From the NCBI GenBank assembly GCA_028534125.1, contig CM052817.1, positions 51,028,001 to 51,092,000 of the forward strand: a stretch of DNA of 64,000 bases, in the 5' to 3' direction. This DNA is from Lama glama (taxonomy: Eukaryota). The translations under genes were made by a program, and so were the position numbers. Position 1 is the first letter of the stretch; every line of letters starts with the position of its first letter. The notes below the pieces were generated by a model that was not told the origin of the DNA, did no database searches, and saw nothing but the letters and a program-made list of their open reading frames with translations. Positions 41,383 through 56,590 of the stretch are shown here, one piece after another.

Positions 41383-42099
41383 CAGCTCTCACAGATCTAA
41401 AATCTCTAAATGGGATTTCTGGAATAAAGCTAGCTAGCTCAAGACTATGTATGTATGTGTGGCATGGCCTGCTTTCTTAATATTCTTAGGAAGTCTTCAA
41501 GATGAAGTGCATTTGGGTCAGAATGTACATTTTTGTGGCTTCCATACTTTTCTAAAAAAAACCTGAAGTTTAATAATTCTGTAAAATAAAAATATGATAA
41601 ACTGAACAAGTTACAGGTTTGCTTTTGCCTCTTGTCTGAAGGAATTATTTTGGTTATTGCTAATAAGAATTTAGAAACAGGTTTTTAATTGTTTATCCAG
41701 ACATTAATAGACATATTCATCACACATCAAGCCTTCAGTACATGCATGATATGTACGATTTTGAAACATATCATAATAAATATTGGGACCCAAATGTAGA
41801 AAATCACATTATTTATCACAATATTTCAATGATCTTTGAAAGTAAAAAATGAATCATATATGATTATATTTGTAACTAAAGTCTACATTTTCCTTTGATT
41901 CTTTGTAAATATATTGTTAAATTGCTAAGATTCTTGCGTATCTCCGCTAAAACAAACATAACATATAAAAAGCACATTTAAATTGTACTGTAAGATGAAT
42001 AATTAATATAGAAAATGTTTTATTTTGGCTCTTCTCTCAGAGAAGTTTTAAGCCTAAATATCTTTACAAATAATTTATTGTACATAACTTCTCATTATA

Positions 42100-42270
42100 A
42101 AACAGCTACTTACTAGCTGTGTGACCTTGATGAAATTATTTAAACACTCTGCCTTAGTTTTCTTAACTGTAAGATAGAGACAGGAATAGTACCTTTCTCA
42201 CAGAGTTATGAGTAGGATTACATAACTTATTATATGTTAAGCTCTTAGAAGACTGGTCACGATGGTGAGA
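42100..42270. mobile_element. MIR SINE
   Basis: 'cttactagctgtgtgaccttg...gccttagttttcttaactgtaagatag'. Confidence 0.8.
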
Positions 42271-43400
42271 GTGATGATGGCAATGATGCTAAGGCAACAC
42301 ATGTTTTTAGTCCTTGACTAGACAGGTTCCTGAAGAGACTGTACCAAGTACTAGGAGATGAACTGTCAAGGTGAGTTAGGCCATGTTATACACTACATAT
42401 CCCTTTGGGTAAAATAATATTTATTTTGTGTTAATGGGTTTGGGCAATCATTGAAGATGGCTGGACAACAGAATACTAATAAATTCAATTAATTATCAAC
42501 ATAGTTTGTGAGAGCATATAATGTATTTATATTTATATATATTTATAATATGAGAGGATAAAAACAAGTAAAAACAATATGGTATATTTAAAACTACTTT
42601 CTATATCTTACTTCAAAATTCACATTTATATAAGTTAGTTTTCAGGTGGATAAAATTTGATTAGGACTAAAAATAAATTCTAATTTTCCATTATCTCAAC
42701 ATATAAAAATTAAAAAAAAAGATTACAGTTTCTGACCATCCAGATTATTTGTTTTGTCTCTTAAATGGCAGTAAGTGCTTAAACAATGTCACGCACATTG
42801 ATTTCTTTCCAATTTCTTTTTTTTTTTGACTTAAAAAGTTTGCAATACCATGTTCACTGAGAAAAGTATACATACTGTTTGAAAAACTGTCACAAGATGA
42901 ATACGTATGCTACAACCATGCAGAAGCTTAAAATACAGAATACTGCCAGTATTCCATAAACCCTGTTCATGCCTTTCCCAAATACCCCACCCCAACTCTC
43001 TTCCCCAAAGTTTTCTTGATATCTAATACTAAATTTTTACTATTATATATATAAATATATGTATTTATATGTAATATGTTCATAATTATATGAACATTGT
43101 ATGTCTGGAATTATTTAATATTCCTTTGTGCCTGACTACAGTTTTTCCCCAAATTTCCCTCAAATTTTAATTGTAATATTTATTCACATTTCTTTGGTAG
43201 CCACAGTTTTTCATCACCATTTTGTTTAATACTATAAGAGATGGACAGCTTTAGTTATTTGTCAAAGTATTAAATTAATACAAAAGTGAATGCAGTAATA
43301 CGAAACTTACTCTCAATTTCACAGCAGAGTAGGTGAGAACTGGCAGTGATGAAAGAAAGAAGTCAAAATATCAAAGAAAATGTTCAAGAAAATCTGATCC

Positions 43401-43716
43401 TATCTTAGTTCAGACTGTTGTAACAAGATACCATAGACTGAGTGGCTTAAATAACAGAAGTTTGTTTCTCCCAGTTCATAGGCTAGAAATCTGAGTTAAG
43501 TGTGCCAGGCTGGTGGAGCTTTGGTAAGAGCCCTCTTCCTTGTTTCCCCACAGGGAAGAAGAGAAAGGGAAAGTGAAAGACTATGTATGTAGTCTAATCC
43601 TAATCCCTAATCACCTCCCAAAGACCTCACTTCCTAATACCATCATATTCTATCACATGAGGGTTAGGATTTCAACATATCATTTTTGAAAGAACATGAA
43701 TATTCAGTCCATAACT
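43401..43716 (-). mobile_element. MaLR solo LTR (MLT1A-like)
   Basis: Motifs 'ataccatagactgagtggcttaaataacagaa', 'aatcacctcccaaagacctcac' and 'attcagtccataac'. Confidence 0.85.
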
Positions 43717-43808
43717 ACTTAGGATCAACTATCAATTTCAGTGATTTTGAATTTCGTCACATTTTCTTATCTTATTCCATTTCATATTTCCCTTGTCTTC
43801 CTACAGAT

Positions 43809-43996
43809 AAGGTTGTCCAGTTTAGCCCATAAAAAGTACAGGTCCCCAGCCAAATCTGAATGTCAGATATACAGACATTTTCTCTTTTTTTCAGTATAAG
43901 CATGTTGCACAGGATATACTTAAAGTAAAAATAAATTATTTTTATTTTCTGACATTCAAATTTAACTAGGGGCCTGTATTTTATTTGCAATCCCTA
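43809..43996. mobile_element. MER53 palindromic hAT MITE
   Basis: 'aaggttgtccagtttagc...aaatctgaatgtcaga...tctgacattcaaatttaact...ttgcaatcccta', with internal self-complementarity. Confidence 0.8.
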
Positions 43997-46900
43997 CCCA
44001 AGGGATGACATACACATACTAATGTGAATCTATTTCTCTGAAACATATATGTAATTCATTCAAGTTCCTTGTGTACTATGAACTCATAGTTAAGCATCTA
44101 TTTGAAAAACTGATCTTATTTTCAGAGTCCAAATTAAAGGTTAAGTGGTTTAGGTAGTAACACTACTTTATATTGTATGCTATTATTTATTTAAAAAAAA
44201 ACAGTACTTGCAAATATAAAAATATTCAAAGTTTAGGAAAGTAGTTGTTGGTGTTGAGGAAATGGTCAATGAAAGCTCTCTCAATATCTCATAAAAACAA
44301 ATGAGAATGAATTGAAGAAAGAAGAGAAGGATGGAAGGAGAGAATGCTGAATAAAAGGAAGGGAGGAAGGAAAGAGGAGAAGATTTTCTGTGAACAATCT
44401 AATAAGGAAAATAACTTGCTCATCAACCTAAATATTAAAAAGTGACAAGAAAGACAGAAGAAAGGAAAAAATCTGACCAAAGAATCTAGACATTCAAGAT
44501 ATGAATCAAAAAAAGGACATAAAAATGAAGAAGCCATAGATAAAAGACCAGTGTAAGCATTATTACACTTAAATATGAAATAATTTCTAGATAACAGTCC
44601 AAATTATTATCAAGAAAAGTAAATATTTTAAAGGTTGAAAATGAAAAAAAAATGATAGGGGAACTAACAACCACAGTTGAGTGGGAGGAAATGTGTGGGT
44701 GCTGAGAACCTAACCACAGCAGAGACAAATTTGCCTATAGTAAAGAAATACATTCGAAAGAAATACAGTGATCCCAACTGCATTAATTTCGTCATAATAT
44801 TTTGTTATTAATAGTTAAAGAAGTCTTTTCAGAAATAGTATTCCTTGCCTTGCAGATACTGAGTTTTAGCCATTTCTTCAATTTCAATTTAACTACTTTT
44901 CCTTAAACTAATTTAAGTACAGTTTAATAACCCATATTCAAATTACTACATAGGATATAGCCAAATTTTTATGGAAGTATTTTAATCTACCCTAATTTTT
45001 TATGAGCAAAAAAAGGTGTCTGGAAAGATACTAACCTAATTTTAATAATGATGTCTATTTCTTGGTAGTGGAAAGTAGAGCAATTATTTTAATTTTTTTT
45101 TCTTTTCATATATTCAATTTGCTAAAAAAAATTTATCACTTTTCCAAAAATAATATTTTGGCTTTTTTTGTGAGAATAATAATTATTAGCAGCCAGGGAC
45201 TTGCTTTAAGGACTGAAGGACAGAAAAAAAATTGTAAGAGAAGATTAAAGTAGGCATTTCATTATCTTTAAAAATATTCTAAAAGTAAATATAAAATTAG
45301 ATTGTTGTGAAATAACCAGGACAACAACAACAACAAAAAACTGTAACAAGGTTCCATATCTGATTTCCTAATATATTTTTTTAAAGGAGCACCAGCTGTT
45401 ATATGTGTTCGTAAGCTATTGGTTAAATAATCTTTATGGGAGGTTAGGGTGCACTACTTTATGCAGAATCAGCAGTTTATAAAGAATAAAATAGCATCAT
45501 GGTTTGTGTATGGATCATGAAACAGGAACTTGGAAATGTTTAAGCATTCTGAATACTAGCATAGATTTTCTATTAGCAAAGTGAATAAATTTTGAATATA
45601 TTATTTGCAGTAATATAGATCCAGTACTAAAACCTTGAAATGATCTATAACCACAAGTTAGTTATTTTCACCAATATCTTTTTTTAAGTTCTAATCTGGA
45701 ATAAAGGCTAGAACTGAAAAAGCAAGTTATTACCTTGAGGTTATGTGAACCTTCCATCTTTCTTTGAGATCTGTCAACAAAAAGCCTCATAATTAAAAAA
45801 GGATAATGGTGTGTTTCAGTGTGGAGACACCTGGCCACTAATTCAAGTGTTGATTTGTGATTTTCATATTGTGATTTTTATTTTTGTATTAACATCTGTT
45901 CTTGGAGATGACAAGTTGGTGTGGGAATAGGAGGCTCAACTATATTCCCGATTGAGTTAATCTGTGTTATATGATAGCCTATTAAAAAAAGTTGGCTTTA
46001 AAATTCAGTGCTAATATCTGTGTCACAGTTTTGCCCAAGAGGGAATTTTACTATGGTTTCCTGTGGGATATAGTAAATGCAAATAATATTTTAAACTGTC
46101 CTATATTAACAGATGGCCCAGAAGAGGATTTTACTTCAGAGATTCCCACTTGATTCTAGGTTGTGCAGGGTGGGCTGAGATAATAACCATGGAAGCTCAA
46201 ATCTCCTTATCCACATGGATTAGAAAAGGGGTATGTAGCCATATCGAGATTTGAAGACTTTGAAATACAGCAGCTGTGTCTCGAACCTACCAAATAACAT
46301 CTTGGAAGATTAAAATGATGGACTATGAAGAAAATAAAAGCCAATTACTGAGGGCCACCAGGGTAGTCTATAAAATTATCACAAGCAGTCACCGTAACAG
46401 ATTAGGTCAAAAGAACACACTTTATAGCATAAAATAAGGCAATATTAAGAAATTAGTTATATGATCAAAGATAATGTTTGGCAATCATTTTATTCAGTTC
46501 ATTCTTTAAACATTTGTAAAGGAAACTGTGGGTATTTCTTGAATGTCAGGTCACTCTAAGATATTGAAATCTGTTTTCCTCACATAGAAGTTCATAAAAA
46601 TTATCTAAAGTTAGAAATACGGCAAGTGATCACTGTGTTTTTGCAAAGCTATCCTAGAGCATTGTCCAAATATCCTGCCTAAAGTCAAAGGAGTTTCTCT
46701 GTTACTTGATTTTTTTGTTTGTTTGTTTGCTGTTTATTATGACCCAATGTTTGAAAGGTTAGATGTTACTTTGAAAAATACTGGTAAGTTGCAAGTAATT
46801 TTTATCTGGTAGAAATGCTAACAATTTCTATTTGTTAGAAATAATAACCCTCAATAGTTTTTATGATCAATTTGTGACTATATTTACAATTCTCCAATCT

Positions 46901-49459
46901 ACTTTTAACTTTCTTTTCTTCCTTGACCCTGGTCTCTCATATTCTTTATAAAACCAGATTTACCATTCTGCTGCTTGCCTCTTTAGTGACATAGACAAAT
47001 TTCTGACATATGTTCACTATATATATATATTTTTTAAAAGTCACATTTGTGGGTTTTTTTTTTTTAATGTGTGAAATGCTTACACTGACCCACTTGCCCA
47101 TCAATTTGAGAGCAGGAACTCTGTTTTACCTCTATAACTCCAATACTCTGTTGTAGCCTTCAAGGCACTTACTAGATTCTGTCTGTCTCTGTCTGTTTTT
47201 CTCTCTCTGTATATATGCATGTAATTTAACTTTGAAATATTTGTCTATATAGATATCTACCAGCTAAGACAAAATAGAAACTACTAGTGCAGATTCAAAC
47301 TATTCAACACGTATGTGCAAGGAATGAGGGAATAAACTCAAAGCCATTTTACTTGGTTTCCTCAGGAAAAGGTTTTTCCCTAAGGAAGATTTAATGTCAA
47401 GGGGAAAAGCTCTCCTAGTAAACACATGTGAGGTTTCTTCTTTTTATCTTTATCTGACAGAATTTAAAACCTCTACAACATGCCTTTCAGAATTTTAACA
47501 CGAAACCATTGAGTGTTCCAAAACACAGCTTGTGACCTGCTAAGATGAGTGACTATCATAATCTTACCCTTTCTGTTGGTTCAGCTGGATGCATTTAAAC
47601 TGTGCATCATAGGCATAATATAGCTTAATCTTGACTGACATTGTCCTCAGAATTCTAGGGAAGGAGGGGAAGGTGGGTACAGGAAAAAAAATTTTCAGGG
47701 TGGGAGATGGGGAGGCACTATATGCTAATTGTGGGTTAGTGACAAGATGACAGTAATTTAAACAAAAATGGGATCTACCTATTAAAAAACAAAGAATTGT
47801 ATGTTTCCAATCAGTCTATAAAATCCCCACAGCTGCCACAATCTAGTAAATGAGACTTCTCTATCCCTGTTGGCCATTCACATACTTCCCATTCCAGAAG
47901 TGTTCTTATGACTCTAATCTTGTCAACACAATGAAAACATGAGAATAGTTATAACAATTAGTAGATACCTAAATAAGTAGATACCTAAAGTGTGCCAGGT
48001 ATTATGCTATGTATTTAAGACAAAAAAAAATTTAACATGAAAAGCAACTCCAGGCAGAAGTAAAGAAATTTAGGCACAGACAAGTGAGAATTTGCCCAAT
48101 ATCACACAACTAAAGTGACTTTTATCCAGATGCCTTTATTTCACACTGGGCACACTAAGTTATTTTTTAAAAATTGTGTGTCTCCTAGTTTGGGCCATAA
48201 ATTTCAAATTTCCCAATCTCTCCAAAACTTATTTTAACCCCAACACACTCACACAAAGTTGTACAATAATAGGCTACTATTCTCTCTGACAGGAAAGTAA
48301 ATTTTAATTTATGGTAGATTCAGTTTCTTATAACTTCTGAGAAATAGTTTAGTCCAGAAAATTTATTGAGTTGAAGTAACAAGAGTTCTGACTGTTTTAA
48401 GAAAGCAGTTAACTAGAGAATGCAAAATAAGTTTCTATTATCAGAGAACAGAAAATTAAACACTAAACTATGCATAGTTAAACCTTTTTTTAATGACACA
48501 ACAAATCGAACATTTTAAATAATTGCAGAGAATACAGAAAGAATAGAAGCTACATCAAACAAGTTATCTGTTTCTTAACTAAAGTACTTGATTGGGCTTC
48601 TAAAATTAGAGGTGAGTGAGTCAGAAAATATATTATTTCTAGTATAAAAACTTCCAAAAGAAAGAGGATTTTCCAATTACAATTATTAAAAATTTCAGGC
48701 CTTGGGTTATGTTTAGTTTGGGCAATATATTAACCTATTTTTCTAAGGATTTCTATTCTACTATATATCTTCCACTCATTTTTCTAAGCTTAGTCACTCC
48801 AGTATGACTCTTGTTCTTGTTTGGTTCTGCATGAAATCTAAATTTCTACCCTTATACCTCCAGTTTAGTTACAGCCTTCTTTTTTTCAGACCCGTTAAAT
48901 TCTATAGAAGTGATGTGGTCACTATCCACATTCCCTAGAACCTCTATTTAAATTCTCACTATTTGTCATGTTTAGACATACAATCAGCAGGTTACGTTAT
49001 CTTTAATCATCTTTAAAACAATCTTGTAAGAGTGAAATTTGGAGAGATTTAAGAATTCACTCAAAATTTTGTAGCTATAGCTATTGTATTGTGGTTACAA
49101 TAACTTTTAAAGATAGTGAAATTTGAAAGTTATAACCCAATTGTTTTAAATTTTTTCTATACATTTTTCAAAATAAATCTAACTCCACCATCTTACACTT
49201 AATGACTATAGTGTATTCTCCCCCTTTTAAATGACTTTCTTCATCTAGTCCTTTTACATCCCAGAAAAAGGACAAAAACATTCTTAGGAACCTTTTTTAA
49301 AAATCATATAATAAATGCCTTTCAGTTTTCTTATATTCATTCAAACTGAACTATTTTTCTTGATTATAATGAGCCTCTTTCACATATATGTACCTCTTCT
49401 CAAGGTATGATCTTCACCAATACATATCAAGATACAAACTTTACAAAAGCTGAAAAAGG

Positions 49460-52400
49460 CTCAACTTCCACTCCTGGGAAGAAGGAATAGACATACTTGT
49501 AACTATTTCTCCCACTAAATACAGTGGAAAACCCTGATCATTAAATATAAAACCAATATAAGCAGACTCTGGTTGTTGGAGAGAAGGAAAACCAGTTAGG
49601 CATCTCAGGATCCAGGAATAGAAGTATAGTGAGTTCCTTGGGTTTTCCTTTTGCCTTATATCTCAGACTTGGAGAGGAAATAGATCCTAGCCTGCACATG
49701 TCAGTGGGCACAGTCAGAAAAGTCCCAACAAAAGGCTCCTTTCTCTCACTGAAGGACAAGGAAAAGGGAAAGCCTCAAAAGAAAGAAAATCTTACATAAT
49801 AACTTCCCTATTCCACCCAAACACCACAGAAGAAACAGTGGTAACACCCAATCCATGCCAGCAAAGACCAAGTGGGGAGTCTGGATGTGGACTCTCTTTA
49901 AAGTATAGCAAAACACTACAATCCCCCAACCAGGTTGGTGTCAGAGAAGGCAGAGTAAGGAGCTAGGATTTTTACCCCAGTAGTGAGATAACTATTCCTA
50001 CTTCCCCTGCTTGTGGTATCACTAAAGACCACATGGAGAGCCTGGACTTCAACTGACACTTATCTCTACCAAGGCACACCTCCCCACCAAAATGGTGTCA
50101 TCCAGTGAGAACTTGAAGAATTGGTGAACTTGAAGATAAAATGACAGAAATACGCAATCTGAGAAAACAGACTGAAAAAAATAAACAGAGCTCCAGGGAT
50201 CTGTCAGATCTAATATTTATGTAATCTGAGTTCCAAACGGAAAGGAGAAAATGGGCAGGGCAGGAAAAGTATTCAAATAAATAATGTATGAAAACTTTCC
50301 ATATTTGGCAAAAGTAAAAAACCTAGATACAAGAAGCTGAAAAAAACTCCACATTTAATAAACCCAAAGTAATCCCTATCAAGACAAATCACAGTAGACC
50401 TTTTGAAAACTGAAACCAAAGAAAACATCTTAAAAGCAGCAAGAGAGAAATAACATCTTACCTATAATGGGAAAACAATTCAATCAACAAGATTTTTTTT
50501 TTCTCAGCAATCGTGGAGGCCAAAGAGAAATAGCAAAACATTTTTCAAGTGTTGGAAGAAAAGGACTCTCAAAATTGAATTTTCTTTCCAGCAAAAATAT
50601 GCTTAGAAGTGAAGGGGGATTCAAGACATTCTTAGATGAAGGAAAACTAAGACGATGTGATCAGCACATATGCCTTTAAGAAATAAAGAGAATTCCTTAA
50701 ATAGAAAGAAAATGAACAAAGAAGGAATCTTGGAACATCAAAAAGGAAAGAAGTACAATGGAAAAAATAAAAATACGAGCAAATTAATTTTCTGTCTCCT
50801 TTTGAGATTTTTACACTGTGTTTGATGGTTGAAGCAAAAATTATAACACTGATTAATACAGTTCTAAAAGTATGCAGAAATAATATTTAAGACAATTATA
50901 AATGGGGAGGACAAAGGTGGGACATAAGTAGATAAGGTTTCTAAATTTGAGTCAAAATGGTAGAATACTGATAACAGTAGACTGGGTTAATCTGTACATA
51001 TTTATTGTAATACCCATTTATAGTGACCACTAAAAATTCTCTAGAAAGAGACACACTCAAAAACACTGTAAATAAATCAAAAAAGAATTATAAAAGTGAC
51101 CAAGTAACTCACAAATGAACAGAAAACAAAGATAAAGCAGAGAAGAAATAGAAAACAAAAAATAAAATGGAAGAATTAGGATTAACATGTCAATAAATAT
51201 TTTTAATGTAAATTGAATATCAACTAAAAGATTGAGAAGCTTAAATAATAAACTAGATGCTGTCTGCTAGAAATTTACTTCAAATATTAAGATAATAAAT
51301 ACACTGAAATTAAAGGGATGGAAAAATATTTCATGCAAAGATTAACCAAAGGAAACAGATATAGCTACATTAATATCAGATAAAATCTATTTCAGATCAT
51401 GGGAAATTACCAGAAAAGGGAAGGAAATTGCCTAATAGTAAAAGGTCCAACCTACCCAGAGGCCATACCAATCCTAAATATGTGTGCACTAAAAAAAAAA
51501 AAAAAAAAGAAAAAAAAAAGGCTGACAATGATATGAAACAAATAGCAATTGAATTAAAAGAAATAGATGAAACCATGGTTATATTTGTTGACTTCAATAC
51601 TACTCTTTCAATGATTCATAAGACAACTAGACAGAAAAACAAGGGTACAGAAAAACTAAACATTAGCCGACAATCATTTATAAAGCACCCTACCCAACAA
51701 TAGCAGAATGCACATTCTTTTCAAGTGACATCGGGAAATATACCAATGTATACCATAGCCTGGACCATAAAACAAATCTTAGTAATTTAAAAATAAAAAC
51801 CATACAGTATGTCCTCAACAATGGCATCACCCTAGAAATCAATAAAAGAAAAGATAAGAAAATCTCCAAATATGTGGAAAATTTAAAAATCCATTCTCAA
51901 TAATCCATTGGCAAAATAGGAAATATCAATAAAAATTACACATTAAATGAAATGAAAATGCATATCAAAATGCATGCAAAATAGCTAAAGCTGTGCTGAG
52001 AGGGAATTTATTGCACTAACTTTAATTATTCACCCAGAAATGTAAGTCAAGTTTAATATTCAAAATTAATGTAATCTACTATATTAATAGGCTAAAGAAT
52101 AAAATGCCTTAGAATAAAGGTATATTTCAAATAATAACTTAATCTCTCACCTGAAGAACCTAGAAAAAGAACAAAATAACCAAAGATATTCACAAGGAAA
52201 AACAGAGCAGAAGTAAATAAAATTGTAATGAGAAAAACAATGGCCAATTCTTTGAAAAGATAAATAAAATCAAGAAACCCCTTGTACGACTGACAAAGTA
52301 AAAACAGAAGAAAATACCAATTACTAGTATCCTGAATGACATAATAGATTTCACTATAGACCCTGCAGACATCAAAAAGACAGTAGGAAATAATATGAAC

Positions 52401-53372
52401 ACTCATTACTATAAAAATAATTTTGACAAATGACATGAAATACTTCCTCAAAAAACACCAATACAGGTAATTCTTGATTTTCAAAAGTTCACTTTTGTGC
52501 CATTTAACTTCTACAAAAGTCCTACGTTAGTACTTGTTTATGTTAACTGAAAGAAAGCCAGACTATTTTCAGTTTTATGGAAAAAAGCAAAAGGTGAAAA
52601 GTGTTCAGAGCTTGTTCTGTAACAGGCTGTTACAGTGCCAGTGTGCATCCTGAGCCACAAGAGTGGTGACCTCCTTTCCCAGGAACTACACTGACCATCT
52701 CAGCATCAAGCCACCATAACTCTGAACTGTGTCTGTGAGCATCTATGCTTTGTCTCAATTGATTTTGTGCATCAGCTAGCAAGACGTTCTACAGTAATTC
52801 CCTTTTTACTTTACACTATATTGGCTTAGGAAAGGTTTCATAGGAATGTTCTAGTTTCAGATAGTGGGGGAAACCTATACCGCAACACACCCATTAAGAA
52901 AGAATACTTAAAACTTCCTTTAATTTTTAAACTCCCAAAAAAGAAATCTCTAAGTATAGATAGGGTCACTGGAGAATTGTGCAAAATCTTAAAATAGTAA
53001 TAGCACTAATTCTACACAATATAGTCCAGAATAAAGAAACATTTTCTCTCTGTTTTATGAAGGATAAATTTCTCTCTGTTTTATGAAGCTAGTAATACTG
53101 TGATACAAAAATCTGACAAAGTACAGCAAAATAAAAGTATAAATCAATATCTATTATGAATTTAGATTTTAAAATTCTAAACAAAATATTAGAAATTTGA
53201 ATTTAGCAATTTTTAACAAGAATTATACACATGGATGAAATGAGGTTATTCCAAGGATGCAAGACAGGTTCAATAAATGTAATCCACCATACTAAGCAGT
53301 TCTATCCATCACAATAAGACAAGAAAAGGATACAAATGGCCTAAGATTGGAAAGAAATAAAACTCACTATTT
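49460..53372 (+). mobile_element. Old near-5'-complete L1 (5'UTR, ORF1, ORF2 EN/RT remnants) interrupted by a Tigger
   Basis: ORF1-like 'catcttaaaagcagcaagagag' and endonuclease-like peptide IFVDFNTTLS. Confidence 0.8.
52463..52878. mobile_element. TcMar-Tigger non-autonomous element (Tigger9-like, tentative)
   Basis: TA-flanked, with degenerate TIRs caggtaattc and gggggaaacct; interrupts L1 ORF2. Confidence 0.65.
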
Positions 53373-54732
53373 AAACAAACTGACAACCTACAGAATGGAA
53401 AAAAATATTTGCAAATGATATACAACTGACAAAGGCTTAATTTCCAGAATATATAAACAGCTCATACAACTTAACAACAACAACAACAACAAAACCCAAT
53501 CCAAAAATGGGCAGAAGACCTAAACAAGCAATTCTCCAATGAAGACACACTAATGCCCAATAGGCACATGCAAAAATGGTCAATATCACTAATCATCAGA
53601 GAAATGCAAATGAAAACTACAATGAGGTATCACCTCACACCAGTCAGAATGGCCATCATTCAAAAGTCCACAAATGACAAATGCTGGAGAGGCTGTGGAG
53701 AAAAGGGAACCCTCCAACACTGCTGATGGGAATGCAGTTTGGTGCAGCCATTTTGGAAAACAGTATGGAGATTCCTCATAAAACTAAAAATAGACTTTCC
53801 ATATGATCCAGCAATCCCACTCCTGGGCATATATACAGAAAAACTCTAATTTGAAAATATACATGCACCCCTATGTTCGTAGCAGCATTATATATAATAG
53901 CCAAGACACTGAAACAACCTAAATGTCTATCAACAGGTGACTGATAAAGTTGTGGTTTATTTATACAATGGAATACTACTCAGTCATAAAAAAGAATAAA
54001 ATAATGCCATTTGCTGCAACATGGATGGACCTGGAGATTGCCATTCTAAGTGAAGTAAGCCAGAAAGAGAAAGAAAAATACCATATGATATCACTCATAT
54101 GTGGAATCTAAAAGAAAAGAAAAAAAGAGGACACTAATGAACTCATCTACAAAAGAGAAACAGACTCACAGACATAGTAAACAGTCTTATGGTTACTCGG
54201 GGGGGGGGTAGGAAGGGATAAATCTGGGAGTTTGAAAGTATGTTTGAACACTTTTGTGCAAGTTAAAACTATCTGATACTACTCAGCCATAATAAGGAAT
54301 AATATAATGCCATTTGCAGCAACATGGATGGACCTGGAGATTCTCATTCTAAATGAAGTAAGCCAGAAAGAGAAAGAAGTATACCATATAATAATATCAG
54401 TCATATGTAGAATCTAAAGAAAAGACAAATGAACTTGTTTACAAAACAGAAACAGACTCACAGATACAGAAAACAATCATAGTTACCAGGGGAAAAGAGG
54501 GTGGGAAGGCATAAATTTGGGAGTTTGAGATTTGCAAATATTACTATTATATAAAAATAGATACATAACAATTTTTTTCTGTATACACAGGGTACTACAT
54601 TCAACATCTTATAATAACTGTTAATGAAAAAGAATATGAAAACAAATATATGTATGTATATGTATGACTGGGTCATTATGCTGTACATCAGAGATTGACA
54701 CACTGTAACTGACTGTACTTCAATAAAAAAAG
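53373..54732 (+). mobile_element. Younger L1 3' region with two successive 3'UTR segments
   Basis: 'atactactcagtcata...gggagtttga' (53973-54234) recurs in diverged form from 54277 and continues to AATAAA and an A tail. Confidence 0.88.
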
Positions 54733-55249
54733 GTAAGTGAAACTATACTATTTTCATTACTAAAGAGTAAATACACCTAAAAGCTCATTTTTCAGAATAC
54801 TTAATATTCTACTTTACATATAAAATCTGAGCATGTGGTCTTAAAAATAGAGATTGTACTAGATCAGCTGATACATGACAGAGATTTTACCATCTATCAA
54901 TGAGGACAGAAAGTGCTATTCAACAAATGATGTTGAAATAGTTTGAAATTCATGTATGATGAAAAAGAAATTCCAGACATAATAAGAAATAAGAAGACAT
55001 AGGAAAAAGACAGAATTCTGAGAACAGAAAGAGAGGGAAAGGAAGGAGCTGGAGAAAGAGGAGGAGAGAGGTGAAGGTGGGGCAAGAGAGAATGAGAGAC
55101 CCGAAAAGCTTTTTCTTTCAGAGATGCTGGTTTTAGTTCAGCATCTTGCCAAATGTGTGGCAGAGTGATTGCAGGAGTATTCTAAAAGCTCACCATACTG
55201 AGAATTACTTTTTCTAGTACTATAATATCATACTTAGTGACTTTGAACA

Positions 55250-56590
55250 TTTAAAACTAAAATAATAATTTTAAAAATAAAATTTCAGATTCATTTTTAT
55301 ATCTTAAAAATAAAAAAGTACAATTATTCAAAAATGAAACACTTTGGTGCAAATCTAACAAAATATTGTCAGTATTTAATATCATAAATTAGAAAATAAT
55401 TATGAAAAAAATCAAAGACTATCTAAATAACTAGAACTATTGTATTGATAGTATAGGAGACTAAATATAGGGTATGAAGTCAATTCTTCAAATTGTTATC
55501 TGAGTTTAACATTATCCCTAAAATTAATCCTTGTAATATTTTATGTAGACAAAAAATAAGATTCTAAATTTTATATGGAAAGCAAAATAAAATACCTGAA
55601 GTGGGAGAGAGATATATCTATGCAATTTCAAGATTTATTATGTGGGTAGCCTATGTGGTATTGGCAAAGGGCTAGACACATAAATCAATTAATCAAAATA
55701 GAGAATCCAGAAACAGAACCACACAAAAATGCCCAAGTGATTTTTTATAGAGGTGCAAAAGCAATTCAATGCAGAATGTGTAGCCCACCGCTTAACAATG
55801 CAGGAAAAAAATTGGCTATCCAAAGACCAAAAAATGAACCTTGACTTAAATCTTTACATTTTATAAGGAACACACTCAATATCGGTCATCTATTTAAATT
55901 TAAATAGTAAAAGTGTAAAACTTTTTAAAAATAGAAAAAACTGAGATCTATGGTAGGTGAAGAGTTATTTGATATCAAAGAATTTGATTAACTGAACTTT
56001 ATCAAAATTAGTTTTGCTCTGCAAAAGGCCTTGTAAGAAGATGAAAAGATAAAGTTCAAACTACAGTCTGGGAGAAAACATTTCCAAACCACATATCCAA
56101 CAAAATACTAGTATCTTAAATATATAATGAACTCTCAAAACTCAACAATGAAAAAATCCAATTCAAAATGGGGAAAGATAAAGAGACATTTCATTGAACA
56201 GGATATACAGAGAGCAAATAAGCACCTGAATCTCCAGAGAATTATGCTGAGTGGAAAAAGGCAATCCCATTTATGCTTCCACTTCTGTAACATTCCAGAA
56301 AAGACTGAATTAAAGAAATAGAGAACAAATTAGTGATTGCCAGAGGAGATAGCAGGAGAGAAGTAGGTGTGGCTTTTCAATATCAAATTTAAAGATCTTT
56401 GTAATAATGGAAATTATCTTTATCTTTGCATAAATTTCAGTATCTTGGTTTAGATACTGTACTACAGTCCTGCAAGATGTTACCATTGGGAGATATTGGA
56501 TAAATGGTCTATGTGATCTCTCTGCATGTCTCACAAAGTCATGTGCATCTTCAATAATCTCAAAATGTTTATTAAAAACAAATCAAAGCT
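55250..56590 (+). mobile_element. Old L1MC-like ORF2 3' end and 3'UTR
   Basis: Peptide WYWQRARHINQLIKIENPE; 3' motif 'tgcaagatgttaccattgggag'. Confidence 0.75.

Noticed and set aside
43809..43996. Large imperfect palindrome as a novel hairpin RNA
   Set aside because: Explained by the known palindromic MER53 MITE.
45734..45770. Candidate 37-nt minus-strand exon (ttgacag...AAG|gtaata)
   Set aside because: Splice-like signals only, with no recognisable peptide; such matches are common by chance.
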